Made by a program: the position numbers and the translations under genes. Shown piece by piece: positions 9,533 through 20,144 of a stretch of DNA of 64,000 bases. The notes under the pieces are model-generated. The model saw only the letters and a program-made list of their open reading frames with translations. It was not told where the DNA came from and ran no database searches. The DNA is from Candidatus Hydrogenedentota bacterium (GTDB taxonomy: Bacteria; Hydrogenedentota; Hydrogenedentia; Hydrogenedentales; SLHB01). Numbering within the stretch: position 1 is the first letter of the stretch; the number at the start of each line of letters is the position of its first letter. The stretch is taken from assembly GCA_029974275.1 (NCBI GenBank), contig JARKSN010000030.1, positions 8,101 through 72,100 of the forward strand, read 5' to 3'.

Positions 9533-10756
9533 ATGTCATCTTTCATCGTTGCACTTGCCATGATGGGATCGATCGCGCCCCCGCCGGACGCTGTCATCGC
9601 CCCGCTCCCCCGTATTTGCCCTCGCGACGGAAGATTCGTGGAAAAGGTCTCGGGCAAGACCTTTCATCCTGCGGGCTTCCACTACATTCGCATCCTGCCC
9701 GAGGGGCCTCATTACGTGTTTGCGCCGACGAAGTATGATCCGGACCGGGCCGAAGCAATGCTTTCGGATCTAGAGCGGCACGGCTTCAACGTGGTGCGCG
9801 TCTTCCTCGGGGCGCTCGAACTGACCCAAGGAGACGCGTTGTCGGAAGAATTTGTCGACAATCTGGCCGATTTCATCACGCGCGCAACCCGCCACCGGGT
9901 GTACGTCTTGCCGGTGGTCGACTGGCTCCCCCCATCCAACCGCTATAAGAGCATCTTGGCCAACGCCCGTCCGGACGTTGGCGGGATGCAGGCAATGTTC
10001 ATGGATGCCGCCCATACGCAATCGAAGAAGCTCTATCTCACCGACCTCATTGGGATGTTGAAGAAGCGGATCCCTGCCCTCCTCTCGACGGTGTTCGCGT
10101 ACGAACTCGAGAACGAGGTGAACGCGGATCTGACGTGTCCGCCTTTCTCGCAGGCCAACGGCTCTTTCGCGTATAAAGGCAAGACGTACAACCTCGCGAA
10201 CGATCGGGCGCTGCAAAAATTGCTCGATGCCGCCATCATCGACAATGCCAATGCTCTCGTAGCGGCGATCCACACGGAAGACCCCGATGCGATGGCGGCC
10301 TATAGCGTGTTCACATATGCAGCGGTCGGCCGCAGCGGCCCCGGCAAGATGCGCAGCGACACGTCGCCGGACACGCGCTGTCCAATACGCCCGATCGCGT
10401 TGGCGAGATCCGACCTCTCGTATGTCGATCTTCATTTCTACGCACCGTCCCCGGAAGGCTTTCGCCGCGACATGGAGGCGGTGGAATGGAACAAGCTCAA
10501 ATCCGTCTGCCGGACTAGAGGAAAACCCATTCTGGCGGGCGAGTACGGCGTGCCTTCGCCCTTGGCTTCCACCGGCGAACAAGCCGCCTCGATTGCGGTT
10601 TGGCATGCAAACGCCATTCGTGAACAAGGTTTGGAGGGCGGCATTTTTTGGACGTATGACTGCCATGAACAACGAGATGTAATCAACGCCAAACAGTTTG
10701 ACGGAGCCATATTCGACGCCTTGGCGGCGTTCCATCGCCGCCGTTCATCGCCGTAA
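9533..10756 (+). CDS. Secreted clan GH-A glycoside hydrolase (GH5/cellulase-like)
   Basis: GFNVVRVF; YELENE (acid/base); DLHFY; KPILAGEYG (nucleophile); FWTY. Confidence 0.75.
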   Translation: MSSFIVALAMMGSIAPPPDAVIAPLPRICPRDGRFVEKVSGKTFHPAGFHYIRILPEGPHYVFAPTKYDPDRAEAMLSDLERHGFNVVRVFLGALELTQGDALSEEFVDNLADFITRATRHRVYVLPVVDWLPPSNRYKSILANARPDVGGMQAMFMDAAHTQSKKLYLTDLIGMLKKRIPALLSTVFAYELENEVNADLTCPPFSQANGSFAYKGKTYNLANDRALQKLLDAAIIDNANALVAAIHTEDPDAMAAYSVFTYAAVGRSGPGKMRSDTSPDTRCPIRPIALARSDLSYVDLHFYAPSPEGFRRDMEAVEWNKLKSVCRTRGKPILAGEYGVPSPLASTGEQAASIAVWHANAIREQGLEGGIFWTYDCHEQRDVINAKQFDGAIFDALAAFHRRRSSP

Positions 10757-10770
10757 CGCGCATCATTCGC

Positions 10771-10799
10771 TTGGCTTCGTGGAAAACAGCGGGTATACT
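10771..10799 (+). promoter_or_regulatory. Putative sigma70 promoter of the GT4-wecA-ligase operon
   Basis: TTGGCT-N17-TATACT. Confidence 0.45.
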
Positions 10800-10857
10800 G
10801 CCGTCGGAGAAACGCTTCGTGGCGCGCACGGAACGCGTTTCCGGGCGCCGCAGTTCG

Positions 10858-11976
10858 ATGACGCGCGGGGGTGTGCATACTCGCTTGAAAATACTGCATG
10901 TCTATAAGGATTTCGATCCGCCCATTCGTGGGGGAATGGAGCGTCATGTCGCGCTCATGTGCCGCTATCAGAGCCAGTGGGCGGAAGTGGAGGCGCTGAC
11001 GTGCAGCCGCTCCATGTGGACGCGCCGGGCGTTTCGCGATGGCACGCGCGTCACGGAAGTGGGCGAATGGGGCCGTTTCCAGAGCGCGCCCATTGCGCCG
11101 TTGTTCCCCTGGCACCTGCGAAAGCTCCAGGCCGACATCATCGTGGCGCACGTGCCCAACCCCACGGCGGAGCTTAGTTATCTGATAGGCCGTCCCCAAG
11201 GCCGGCTCATCGTGCGCTATCAGAGCGACGTGGTGCGTCAGGCCGCGGCCATGCGCTTCTATGGCCCGTTTCAAATGACATTTCTGCGCAAAGCTGCTAT
11301 GATTCTCGTCGCATCCGAACAGTACCTCGCGACCTCGCCCACGCTTCAGGCCGTGCGCAATCGGTGCGTCGTTGTGCCGTTGGGCATTGTCCCCGAGGAT
11401 TTTCAACGCCCTGATGCGGCCCGGGTGGCGGCGTTGCGCGCGAAGTATGGCGGCGAGTATGTTCTATTTCTGGGGATGCATCGCTACTACAAGGGGTTGG
11501 AGTATTTGGTGCGCGCCGCTCCGTCGATCCGGGCGATGATCGTGATGGCCGGCGGCGGACCGCAGCGTCCGTATTGCGAGTCGTTGACGCGCACGCTCGG
11601 GGCGAATATCGTGTTCCCGGGCACGCTCTCGCACGAGGAGGCGGTGGACCATTTGCATGGGTGCGCGGTGTTCGTCTTTCCTTCCGTCGCGCGCAGCGAG
11701 GCGTATGGAATATCGATGCTCGAAGCGCATGCCTGCGGCAAGCCGGTCGTGGCGACGACGCTGGGAACGGGAGTCGAGTTCGTGAATCTTCACGGGCAAA
11801 CGGGGCTCAACGTGCCCCCGCGCGATCCGGCGGCGTTGGCCGAGGCCGTGAATGCGCTGTTGGCTGATCCGGAGTTGCGGGCTCGCATGGGGGCATTCGC
11901 GCAGCGGCGGGTCGAAACCGAATTGCACGCGGCAACGATTGCGCGCCGCGAGTTTGAATTGTACCAACAAGCCTGA
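10858..11976 (+). CDS. Glycosyltransferase family 4 (GT-B); start uncertain
   Basis: KILHVYKDF..GGMERHV; YKGLEYL; EAYGISMLEAHACGKPVV (EX7E). Confidence 0.92.
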   Translation: MTRGGVHTRLKILHVYKDFDPPIRGGMERHVALMCRYQSQWAEVEALTCSRSMWTRRAFRDGTRVTEVGEWGRFQSAPIAPLFPWHLRKLQADIIVAHVPNPTAELSYLIGRPQGRLIVRYQSDVVRQAAAMRFYGPFQMTFLRKAAMILVASEQYLATSPTLQAVRNRCVVVPLGIVPEDFQRPDAARVAALRAKYGGEYVLFLGMHRYYKGLEYLVRAAPSIRAMIVMAGGGPQRPYCESLTRTLGANIVFPGTLSHEEAVDHLHGCAVFVFPSVARSEAYGISMLEAHACGKPVVATTLGTGVEFVNLHGQTGLNVPPRDPAALAEAVNALLADPELRARMGAFAQRRVETELHAATIARREFELYQQA

Positions 11977-12005
11977 CGGCGCGACGCCGCGGGCGTGAAA
12001 CATGC

Positions 12006-13160
12006 ATGGCAAACTGGTATCTCATATACGCATACGCCTTGGGCTTTTCGTTCCTGGTTTCGGGCGCCATCACGGAAATTGTCCGGCGCCTGGCGCTGCG
12101 TTGGGGCCTGCTGGACCATCCCGGCGAACGCAAGGTTCATCGCAATCCAATCCCGTTGATGGGCGGCGTCGCCATTTTCCTGACGTTCTACCTCACCATC
12201 GGCTTTCATCTGCTCCAGTTGGGCCCCGTCCGCAAGTTCGGCATCGAAGCGTTCCTGCCCAACCTTCAGTACGGGTTCGAGTGGTACCGCGCGAACGTTC
12301 TGTCTTTTTTGGGCGGAAGCGTGATGCTCAAGCTCCTGGGTCTATTCTCCGGAAGCCTGGTCATTTTCGTTCTGGGCGTGATTGACGACATCAAGCCGTT
12401 GAGCCCCGAAAAGAAACTGATCGGGCAAATTCTCGCCGCGTCTCTCCTTGTTTCGTTCGGCATCCGGCTTGAGTTGTTCGTCGTGACGCCATGGATTACG
12501 GGGCCGGTGACGGTGTTGTGGCTGGTGCTGATGATCAACTCGCTCAATTTTCTCGACAACATGGACGGACTGTGCGGCGGGGTTTCGATCATCGCCGCGT
12601 TATCGTTCTTTTTCTGCTTGTTTCCCAATGGCCATACCTTCGTGTGCGTGATATTGATGGTGTTTATCGGAAGCGTCGGCGGGTTTCTCTATCACAACCT
12701 CAACCCCGCCCGGATATTCATGGGCGACGCAGGATCGATGTTCTGCGGCCTTTTTTTGGGCACGGTGTCCGTGCTCGGAACCTTCTACCAAGAAGGCACG
12801 CCTTCCCGGGTGGCCATCGCAGCCCCTTTGCTGGCGTTGAGCGTTCCGCTGTTCGATACGTGCAGCGTCCTGTACATCCGGTGGCGAAACGGCGAATCGC
12901 TCATGAAGGGCGACAAACGCCATTTCTCGCACCGCCTGGTTGATCTTGGAATGACCCATGGACAGGCGGTCGAGTTCATCTATTTGGTCGCGATCATCGC
13001 TGGACTTGGCGCGATGTTGCTGCCCATGGTCAGTCCGATGGGGACCATCGTCATTATCGTGCAGACGTTGGGACTCTTTTGCATCATTGCCATGTTGATG
13101 CACATCGCCAATCAACGGAGAGAAACCCGTCGTGAGCAAGAAGACGCCCGCCCGGAATAA
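12006..13160 (+). CDS. wecA: Undecaprenyl-phosphate GlcNAc-1-phosphate transferase (WecA/TagO, MraY-like)
   Basis: LDHPGERKVH..P.P.MGG; GVIDD; NFLDNMDGL; PARIFMGDAGS; DKRHFSHRL; many TM helices. Confidence 0.88.
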   Translation: MANWYLIYAYALGFSFLVSGAITEIVRRLALRWGLLDHPGERKVHRNPIPLMGGVAIFLTFYLTIGFHLLQLGPVRKFGIEAFLPNLQYGFEWYRANVLSFLGGSVMLKLLGLFSGSLVIFVLGVIDDIKPLSPEKKLIGQILAASLLVSFGIRLELFVVTPWITGPVTVLWLVLMINSLNFLDNMDGLCGGVSIIAALSFFFCLFPNGHTFVCVILMVFIGSVGGFLYHNLNPARIFMGDAGSMFCGLFLGTVSVLGTFYQEGTPSRVAIAAPLLALSVPLFDTCSVLYIRWRNGESLMKGDKRHFSHRLVDLGMTHGQAVEFIYLVAIIAGLGAMLLPMVSPMGTIVIIVQTLGLFCIIAMLMHIANQRRETRREQEDARPE

Positions 13161-15720
13161 CCGTTCTGACGGCGGCCAACCCGCCGTTCGTCCGGAGACG
13201 CCGCACAGCGCCGCGAACTGGCGGCATGCGGCGCTGCGCGAGCCCGCCGCGCTGCTGCTGGCGGCGACGATTGTCATGCGGCCGTTCCTGGATGGCATCA
13301 CCTTCCCGCATATCAACAGCGCGTTTGTCATGGGGATTGCCGCATGTTTCGCCGTGTGGGCGGCTTGTCAGCTTTTTCGCGGTCCGCATGTCGCTTTGGG
13401 GCTTCCGGAGGGCCTGTTCGCCGCTTTGCTGGGCGTCATGCTGGTTACGGGACTCAATACGACGCAGGTGGACGGCACATACCGCGCGCTGCTCAACTGG
13501 GGCGGTTTTTTTCTGCTTTTCCTTGTGAGCGCCAACGTAATGCGCAACAAGACGCTTCTCGGCCTTCTCCTGGGCCTATTCGTCGCCGTCAACCTTGCCG
13601 AGGCTCTCTGGAGCCTGGTGCATCTCGAGTACATCCTTCCCATGACGCGCGCGGCGGTGCTCAAGGATCCCGCGCTGCTGCGGACGTATTTCGGCACGGA
13701 TGTCTTGACCCCCGACATTGCCGATCGGTTAAACATGAATCGCGCTTTCGGGACGTTCCTTTTTCCCAATGCGCTTGGCGCGTTCATGGCGTTCGGCGTC
13801 GTGTTTGGTCTCGGCGCGGCCGGGGCCACGTGGCATGCGCTCCGTTCCTCGCGCCCCACGCCCCCCGTTTCCGGCGGATTTGCCGATCGGCTGGGCGCGC
13901 TGGCAGTCGCCATCGGCGCAGGCGCAGTTCTCTTCGGCGCAGGATGGTTTCTGTATTGGGTGGCCTATACGGTCACCTACGAGAATCAGCCCTGGACGGC
14001 CCATCCGTGGGGGTGGGTATTCTTTGTGGGCGTTCTTCCGCTTGCCGGCGCGGGGTCGTGTTTCGCCCTCATCGCCGCGGGAGGGGTGTGGCGCGGCTGG
14101 CTCCGTGTGCAGTTGGCCGTCTTGGCGCTGCTCGCCTTGACCGCCCTCGCCACGTTGTGGTTCACGGCTTCGCGTGGGGCCATGATAGGCGTGGCGACCT
14201 CGTTGGCCGTTACGGGGGGATTGCTTGCCTATGCTCGTTCGTCTCATGCGAAAAGACGTTCGGGATTGGCGTACGCCCTCGTCGCGTTGCTCATGGGCGC
14301 GGCGGCTTTCGCATCGTTCACGGCATCCCCCGCTGTGTGGGCGCAGGAGGAGGCCGCCCCGGCATCGACGGCGACGCTCGACACACGGACGGAAGGCATT
14401 GCGCTGGAGGGCGTCGCCCCGACCTTGGCCAGCGGCGCGACGTTTCGGTTGCGGTTGAGTTATTGGAGAACCGGCCTGAGCATGTTTCTCGACAATCCGC
14501 TTTCCGGGGTAGGCTTGGGCAATTTCGGCGTAAACTATCCCCGCTATCAGTCTCCCGCCGCTGGAAACGTCAAGCAGGCGCACAACGATTTCCTGCAGAT
14601 GTTTTGCGAGACCGGTTTGGGCGGCGGTCTTCTTTTCCTTGCATTCTGGGGGCACTACCTGGCATGGGGCGGAGTTCGTATCTTTCTCGAACCTTCGGCA
14701 AGCCGGCGGTGGCTGTTGGCCGCTCTCTACGCAGCCACGTTGTCGTTTCTTGTGCACAGCGCCGGCGATTTCAACTTCTCGAACCCGAGTCTGGCCACAT
14801 TTCAATATTTTCTCGCGGGCGCATTCCTCGCCGTGTCGCGCGGGACTTCGGGGATTTCCGCCAATCGCGTCAGCGTTTCCCTCGTTCTCGGGGGGCTGTT
14901 GGTGTTGGCGATGTTTGCCGCGGGCGCGGCGCTCCGCGCGCACCGTTCCGATTCCCTGTTCGGCCGCGACGTGCAGCACAACGCCTTGTTTGCGGTGGCT
15001 CAGTTTTTCTTCGAAGAAGTGAAGCCCGAGACCTATCGCGCGGACCAGGCTCCCGCGATCGGCATTTCCGAGGCGCGGGCGTTGCTTGGCGCGGAGGAGA
15101 ATCTCGCCTCGATAGGCGTCATCCACGTGCCGATTCCAAACGGATCGCGCCCTCTCGCCAAGGATGAACCGCCGCCGCCCGGATCGTACCTGATCATCTC
15201 CAACCCGTCCGCCGCGCAGCAGAAGGCGAAGCAGGCGATCATGGTCTGGATGGCTCGGGTGAAAACGGCCGATTGGCTGTACCCGCACAATCCCGACATC
15301 GCCCAGCACCTGTTTAATTGGAACCAGTATCTGGCCAGCATCGCGAAGCGCCCCGATGAACGGCGGGAACACATCTTGGAAGCGCTCGAATGGGCTGAAA
15401 AAAACCTTGCGCGCAACTCTTATTTGGCCCAGTCCCACAGTTTCTATGCCATGGCGTTGCGCATGCGCGCGGAGATAGAAACCGGGCCTAAACGGGCGGA
15501 GTATTACGAAAAGGCCTTGGAGCATTACCGGAAAGCCACGGAATTGGCCCCATCGGGCGCGTGGCAGTTTCAGGAATACGGCGAAGCGCTTGAACTGTAC
15601 GGCAAGGGCTACGAAAGCGCAGGAAACGCCGCCCGGGCTGCGGCATGTTTTGGAGAAGCCCGGAAAGCCAAGGAGCGCGCCCAATACCTCAACCAGGAAG
15701 CCCAAAAGCGGGGGCTGTGA
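13132..15720 (+). CDS. O-antigen ligase/Wzy_C-family membrane protein with C-terminal TPR region
   Basis: RAFGTF.FPNALG; TASRGA; RLSYW; PLSGVGLGNF; AHNDFLQ; helical TPR-like C-terminus. Confidence 0.85.
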   Translation: MSKKTPARNNRSDGGQPAVRPETPHSAANWRHAALREPAALLLAATIVMRPFLDGITFPHINSAFVMGIAACFAVWAACQLFRGPHVALGLPEGLFAALLGVMLVTGLNTTQVDGTYRALLNWGGFFLLFLVSANVMRNKTLLGLLLGLFVAVNLAEALWSLVHLEYILPMTRAAVLKDPALLRTYFGTDVLTPDIADRLNMNRAFGTFLFPNALGAFMAFGVVFGLGAAGATWHALRSSRPTPPVSGGFADRLGALAVAIGAGAVLFGAGWFLYWVAYTVTYENQPWTAHPWGWVFFVGVLPLAGAGSCFALIAAGGVWRGWLRVQLAVLALLALTALATLWFTASRGAMIGVATSLAVTGGLLAYARSSHAKRRSGLAYALVALLMGAAAFASFTASPAVWAQEEAAPASTATLDTRTEGIALEGVAPTLASGATFRLRLSYWRTGLSMFLDNPLSGVGLGNFGVNYPRYQSPAAGNVKQAHNDFLQMFCETGLGGGLLFLAFWGHYLAWGGVRIFLEPSASRRWLLAALYAATLSFLVHSAGDFNFSNPSLATFQYFLAGAFLAVSRGTSGISANRVSVSLVLGGLLVLAMFAAGAALRAHRSDSLFGRDVQHNALFAVAQFFFEEVKPETYRADQAPAIGISEARALLGAEENLASIGVIHVPIPNGSRPLAKDEPPPPGSYLIISNPSAAQQKAKQAIMVWMARVKTADWLYPHNPDIAQHLFNWNQYLASIAKRPDERREHILEALEWAEKNLARNSYLAQSHSFYAMALRMRAEIETGPKRAEYYEKALEHYRKATELAPSGAWQFQEYGEALELYGKGYESAGNAARAAACFGEARKAKERAQYLNQEAQKRGL

Positions 15721-15777
15721 CACCGTGAATCCTAGGCGAGACCTGGGCTATGATTCACGAAACGAGGAGAGCCTGTC

Positions 15778-16212
15778 ATGAACGTACTCGTGGTCCATGG
15801 TCCCAATCTCAACTTGCTGGGCGTGCGCGAGCCGGAAGTGTATGGACGGACGACGCTTGATGATATCAATGCGCAGCTGGCCGATCAGGCCGAGCGGCTC
15901 GGGATCGAGCTTCGGACGTTCCAGTCGAATAGCGAGGGCGCCTTGGTTTCCGCCGTCCAGGACGCCATGGGCTGGGCCGCGGCGCTTATCATCAACCCGG
16001 GCGGCTATACGCACACCAGCGTCGCCTTGCGCGATGCCATCGCCGCAACGGGCCTGCCCGCCATTGAGGTGCACCTCTCGAACATCTATCGCCGCGAGGA
16101 ATTCCGCCACCACAGCCACATCGCGCCTGTCGCCGTCGGCCAGATTTCCGGGTTCGGCCCGCTGAGTTACCGGTTGGCGTTGCTGGCAGTGAAGGAGTTG
16201 CTGACGACATGA
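15778..16212 (+). CDS. aroQ: Type II 3-dehydroquinate dehydratase
   Basis: [16 protein letters not shown]; [16 protein letters not shown]; [15 protein letters not shown]. Confidence 0.98.
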   Translation: MNVLVVHGPNLNLLGVREPEVYGRTTLDDINAQLADQAERLGIELRTFQSNSEGALVSAVQDAMGWAAALIINPGGYTHTSVALRDAIAATGLPAIEVHLSNIYRREEFRHHSHIAPVAVGQISGFGPLSYRLALLAVKELLTT

Positions 16213-17294
16213 TTGCATCGCGCTTGACCCATCTCCGGGATCGGATGCAATCGGCGGGCGTGGAGGCGTTTTTCAGCGTTCACCCCCCCGCGAATCAATA
16301 TCTCACGGGATTTTGCGGCTCGACGTCGGCAGTAGTCGTGACGGGCAATCGGGCTGTTTTTCTGTGTGATTTCCGGTATGCGGAACAGGCCGAGGACCAG
16401 GTCGCCCCGGAATTCGAGGTGACGCAGACGGCTGGGTCGCTTTTGCGGCGCACGGGGGAATGTCTGGCGGAATGCGGCGTCGCCAATGCGGCGTACGAGC
16501 CCGATGCGCTGCGCGTCAGCGAATTGAACGCCGTGGCGGCGGCGGTTCACGCGGATCTGCGGGCCATGCCCGGACTTGTCGGCGGCATGCGGCAAATCAA
16601 GACTTCCGAAGAGGTTGAGGCGATCCGAAAGGCCTTGACGCTTGCGGCAGGCGTGCACGATGACATCGTTCAGGCATTGGTTCCAGGCGTCACCGAGCGG
16701 GAGGTCGCCGCCCGTTTCGAATACGAGTTCAAGCGGCGCGGGGCGTCCGCCGCCGCTTTCGACACCATCGTCCTTTTCGGCGCGCGCAGTTCCCTGCCGC
16801 ACGGTCAGGCGACGGATCGGGCGTTGGCCCCTGGCGACGCTGTGCTCGTGGATTTCGGCTGCCGGCTCGGCGGATACTGCTCGGACTTGACTCGAACCTA
16901 TTGTTTCGGTAGGATTCCCGGCGCTTGGTTCGAGCGCGTCTACGAAGTCGTGCTTACTTCGCAGGCGGCGGCTCTCAAGGCGGCCAAGCCAGGCATGACG
17001 TGTCGCGAGTTGGATGCAGTGGCCCGGTCCATCATTCAGGATGCGGGTTACGGCGAGCGGTTCGGGCACGGACTGGGCCATGGCGTTGGCATTGAGATCC
17101 ACGAAGCGCCGCGCGTCAATGCGGAGGGCGATACCGTGCTGGCGCCGGGCATGGTGGTGACCCTTGAACCGGGCATCTATCTCCCCGGCCAAGGGGGCAT
17201 ACGGATCGAAGACGTGATCGTCATTACAGATTCAGGGTGCGAGGCGCTGAGCGCCACGCCTAAGGAACTGAAAATACTGGGGTTAAAGGCATGA
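16209..17294 (+). CDS. Xaa-Pro aminopeptidase (M24B)
   Basis: YCSDLTRT; [15 protein letters not shown]; EPGIY.PG.GGIRIED. Confidence 0.95.
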   Translation: MIASRLTHLRDRMQSAGVEAFFSVHPPANQYLTGFCGSTSAVVVTGNRAVFLCDFRYAEQAEDQVAPEFEVTQTAGSLLRRTGECLAECGVANAAYEPDALRVSELNAVAAAVHADLRAMPGLVGGMRQIKTSEEVEAIRKALTLAAGVHDDIVQALVPGVTEREVAARFEYEFKRRGASAAAFDTIVLFGARSSLPHGQATDRALAPGDAVLVDFGCRLGGYCSDLTRTYCFGRIPGAWFERVYEVVLTSQAAALKAAKPGMTCRELDAVARSIIQDAGYGERFGHGLGHGVGIEIHEAPRVNAEGDTVLAPGMVVTLEPGIYLPGQGGIRIEDVIVITDSGCEALSATPKELKILGLKA

Positions 17295-17851
17295 TTTCGA
17301 CGGCGGATTTCAGAAACGGCATGGTGGTGGTGTTGGACAATGACTTGATGGAAATCGTCGAGTTTCAACACGTCAAGCCGGGCAAGGGCGGAGCGTTTGT
17401 CCGGACCAAGTTCAAGAACGTCAAAACCGGGCGCGTGCTCGAAAAGACGTTCCGCTCGGGCGAGAAGATGGAGGAGGCGCGGTTGGAGGATGAGGAGTAT
17501 CAGTATCTCTACCACGACGGCGACTTTTATCATTTCATGGATAAGGAAACCTACGAACAGATCGCGCTTGGCGCGGATGTCGTGGGCGACAAGCATTTGT
17601 GGATGAAGGAAAACAACGATGTGTCGCTCGTTTTCTATAACGGCAAGGTGATCGACGTGAAGTTGCCGTTCTTTGTCGAGTTGAAGATCACGCAATGCGA
17701 TCCGGGCGTTCAGGGAGACCGGGCATCGAGCGGCAACAAGCCCGCCACGCTGGAAACCGGGGTGGTGGTCCAGGTGCCTCTGTATGTCGCAGAGGGAACG
17801 GTTATCAAAGTCGACACGCGCACAGGCGCCTACATCGAACGCGTCGGGTGA
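17291..17851 (+). CDS. efp: Elongation factor P
   Basis: HVKPGKGGAFVRTK; KPATLETG; VDTRTGAY. Confidence 0.98.
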   Translation: MISTADFRNGMVVVLDNDLMEIVEFQHVKPGKGGAFVRTKFKNVKTGRVLEKTFRSGEKMEEARLEDEEYQYLYHDGDFYHFMDKETYEQIALGADVVGDKHLWMKENNDVSLVFYNGKVIDVKLPFFVELKITQCDPGVQGDRASSGNKPATLETGVVVQVPLYVAEGTVIKVDTRTGAYIERVG

Positions 17852-17875
17852 CGATCGCGATCGGGGGGAGAACGT

Positions 17876-18400
17876 ATGGACCTGGAGCAGTTTCGAGAGC
17901 TCATTCGCATTTTTGAGGAGTCAGCCCTGTCCCAAGTTGAAATCGAGGAATCAGGGCTCCGGATACAGCTTAAAAAACCCGAGCCTCCCGCAGCCCCCGC
18001 CCCGACCTATGCCATCGCCGCGCCGCACCCAGCTGGCCATGCGGCTCCCATGATGGTGCAGGCGTTTCCGCAGACGGCCCCCCCTCCGGCCCCGGCCCCT
18101 GCTGTGCCGGCTGCGCCGTCGGTTGCCAGCGTCGCTGCGGAAGACGAAGGGCTTGTGACCATCGACTCGCCGTTGGTGGGCGTGTTCTATGCCGCCCCGG
18201 CTCCGGGCGAGCCGCCTTTTGTGCGCGAGGGAGATGTGGCCGAGGAGAAGCAGACGGTCTGCATCATCGAGGCCATGAAGGTGATGAACGAGGTCGTCGC
18301 CAAGTTTCCGTGCGTCATCGAGAAGATATTGGTGCAGAACGGCGAGCCGGTCGAGTTTGGGCAGCCCCTGTTCGCCGTGCGCCCTGCCGAACCCGCGTAA
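17876..18400 (+). CDS. accB: Acetyl-CoA carboxylase biotin carboxyl carrier protein
   Basis: Pro/Ala linker; SPLVGVFY; EAMKVMNE; VEFGQPLF. Confidence 0.97.
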   Translation: MDLEQFRELIRIFEESALSQVEIEESGLRIQLKKPEPPAAPAPTYAIAAPHPAGHAAPMMVQAFPQTAPPPAPAPAVPAAPSVASVAAEDEGLVTIDSPLVGVFYAAPAPGEPPFVREGDVAEEKQTVCIIEAMKVMNEVVAKFPCVIEKILVQNGEPVEFGQPLFAVRPAEPA

Positions 18401-18406
18401 CCGGCC

Positions 18407-19750
18407 ATGTTCAGACGCATCCTTATAGCCAATCGCGGAGAGATCGCCGTCCGCGTAATCCGCGCGTGCCGGGAGATGGGCATCACCTCGATCGCTGTTT
18501 ATTCGAAGGCCGATCAGGATTGCCTGCACACCTCGCTGGCGGACGAGAGCATTTGCATCGGTCCGCCCACGTCCACGGACAGTTACCTGCATATTCCCAG
18601 CATCGTCGCCGCCGCGGAAATCTGCGACGCGCAAGCCATTCACCCGGGCTATGGGTTCCTGTCGGAAAATCCCAAGTTCGCGAGCATTTGCCGCGAATGC
18701 CACATCGGGTTCATCGGGCCGACCCCCGAGGCGATTTCGTTGAGCGGCAACAAATCCGAGTGCCGTGCGAAGGTCAAATCGGCGGGCGTGCCCGTTGTGC
18801 CGGGTTCGGAAGGGCTCATCCGCGATCCCGATGAAGCCCTCAAGATCGCCAAGGCGATCGGGTTTCCGGTGCTGGTCAAGGCTTCGGCGGGCGGCGGCGG
18901 GCGCGGCATGCGCATTGCCCACAACGACGTGGCGCTCAAGAATGCGGTGTCCATGGCTTCGAACGAGGCGGCGGCGGCGTTTGGCGATGGCGGCGTTTAT
19001 CTCGAGAAGTTCGTCGAGAATGCGCGGCATGTCGAGTTCCAGATTTTTGGCGACAACCACGGTCGTCTGATTGCGCTGGGCGAACGCGAATGCAGCATCC
19101 AGCGGCGCCACCAGAAATTGATCGAGGAGACGCCATCCCCCGCGCTCAACCATTCGCTTCGAAATAAGATGGCCAAGGCGGCGGTTCGCGCGGCCAAGGC
19201 GATTGGCTACACCAACGCCGGCACCGCCGAGTTCCTGCTTGCGCCGGACAACCAGTTCTACTTCATTGAGTTCAACGCGCGCATCCAAGTCGAGCATCCG
19301 GTGACCGAAGAGGTCATGGGCGTCGACTTGGTCAAGGAGCAAATTCGCGTTGCGGCGGGGGATCCGCTCCGGTTGCGCGAAGGCGATCCGCATGGGTGCG
19401 CCATCGAGGCTCGCGTATACGCCGAGGACCCGGACAACAATTTCGCGCCGAATCCCGGCACGGTGACCCGCTGCCATTTTCCGGGCGGGCCAGGCGTGCG
19501 CGTGGATTCGCACCTGTTCTCGGGCTATACCGTTCCGCGGTATTATGATTCCCTCCTTGCCAAGGTTATCGGGTATGGCGAAACCCGCGACGAGGCCATT
19601 GGGCGTTTGGCGGGCGCCTTGGATGAGTTCACGACGGAGGGCGTCAAGACGACGGCGAATCTGTGCGCGCGCATCATCCAGAGCGACCGTTTCCGGCGAG
19701 GCGATTTGGGGCCGGATATGGTAGACTTGTTTCTGCCGAAGATGAAATAG
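18407..19750 (+). CDS. accC: Biotin carboxylase
   Basis: ILIANRGEIA; IHPGYGFLSEN; GGGGRGMR; ERECSIQRRHQK; RIQVEHPVTE. Confidence 0.98.
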   Translation: MFRRILIANRGEIAVRVIRACREMGITSIAVYSKADQDCLHTSLADESICIGPPTSTDSYLHIPSIVAAAEICDAQAIHPGYGFLSENPKFASICRECHIGFIGPTPEAISLSGNKSECRAKVKSAGVPVVPGSEGLIRDPDEALKIAKAIGFPVLVKASAGGGGRGMRIAHNDVALKNAVSMASNEAAAAFGDGGVYLEKFVENARHVEFQIFGDNHGRLIALGERECSIQRRHQKLIEETPSPALNHSLRNKMAKAAVRAAKAIGYTNAGTAEFLLAPDNQFYFIEFNARIQVEHPVTEEVMGVDLVKEQIRVAAGDPLRLREGDPHGCAIEARVYAEDPDNNFAPNPGTVTRCHFPGGPGVRVDSHLFSGYTVPRYYDSLLAKVIGYGETRDEAIGRLAGALDEFTTEGVKTTANLCARIIQSDRFRRGDLGPDMVDLFLPKMK

Positions 19751-19772
19751 CCGATTCGGAGGGCCGCGATCG

Positions 19773-20144
19773 ATGAGCGAGTTCATGGCGATTGGCAATC
19801 AGGAAGTGGACATGTCTGTCTACGCCAAGGTGGCCGCGCACGAGGCGGTCCGCCAGGAGGGCGTGGTGCGCCTCAACGCGGGGTTCACCGAGAAACTCGG
19901 CATGAGCCGCACCCCCGGCGTCACCGCCCGCATCGAAGAAGACGGCAGCCTCCAGCTCGATATATCCATCGTTGTCCGTTACGGGACGGACTTGCGCACC
20001 ATCGGGCCCGCAATTCAAGAATCCGTGCTCAACGCCATCCGCAAGATGTCGGACCAGCCGGTTGGCCAGATCAACATCTACATTGCCGACATTGATTTTC
20101 CGAAGGGCGCCGCGAAGACGCTGGAAGAGGGTGAACCATCATGA
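19773..20144 (+). CDS. Asp23/Gls24 family protein (YqhY-like)
   Basis: GV...LDISIVVRYG...IQESV..AI..M...V.QINIYI pattern; position after accC. Confidence 0.88.
   Translation: MSEFMAIGNQEVDMSVYAKVAAHEAVRQEGVVRLNAGFTEKLGMSRTPGVTARIEEDGSLQLDISIVVRYGTDLRTIGPAIQESVLNAIRKMSDQPVGQINIYIADIDFPKGAAKTLEEGEPS

Noticed and set aside
13344-15723. 607-aa and 664-aa alternative ORFs
   Set aside because: Arg/Gly-rich frame and antisense shadows of the ligase gene, expected at high GC.
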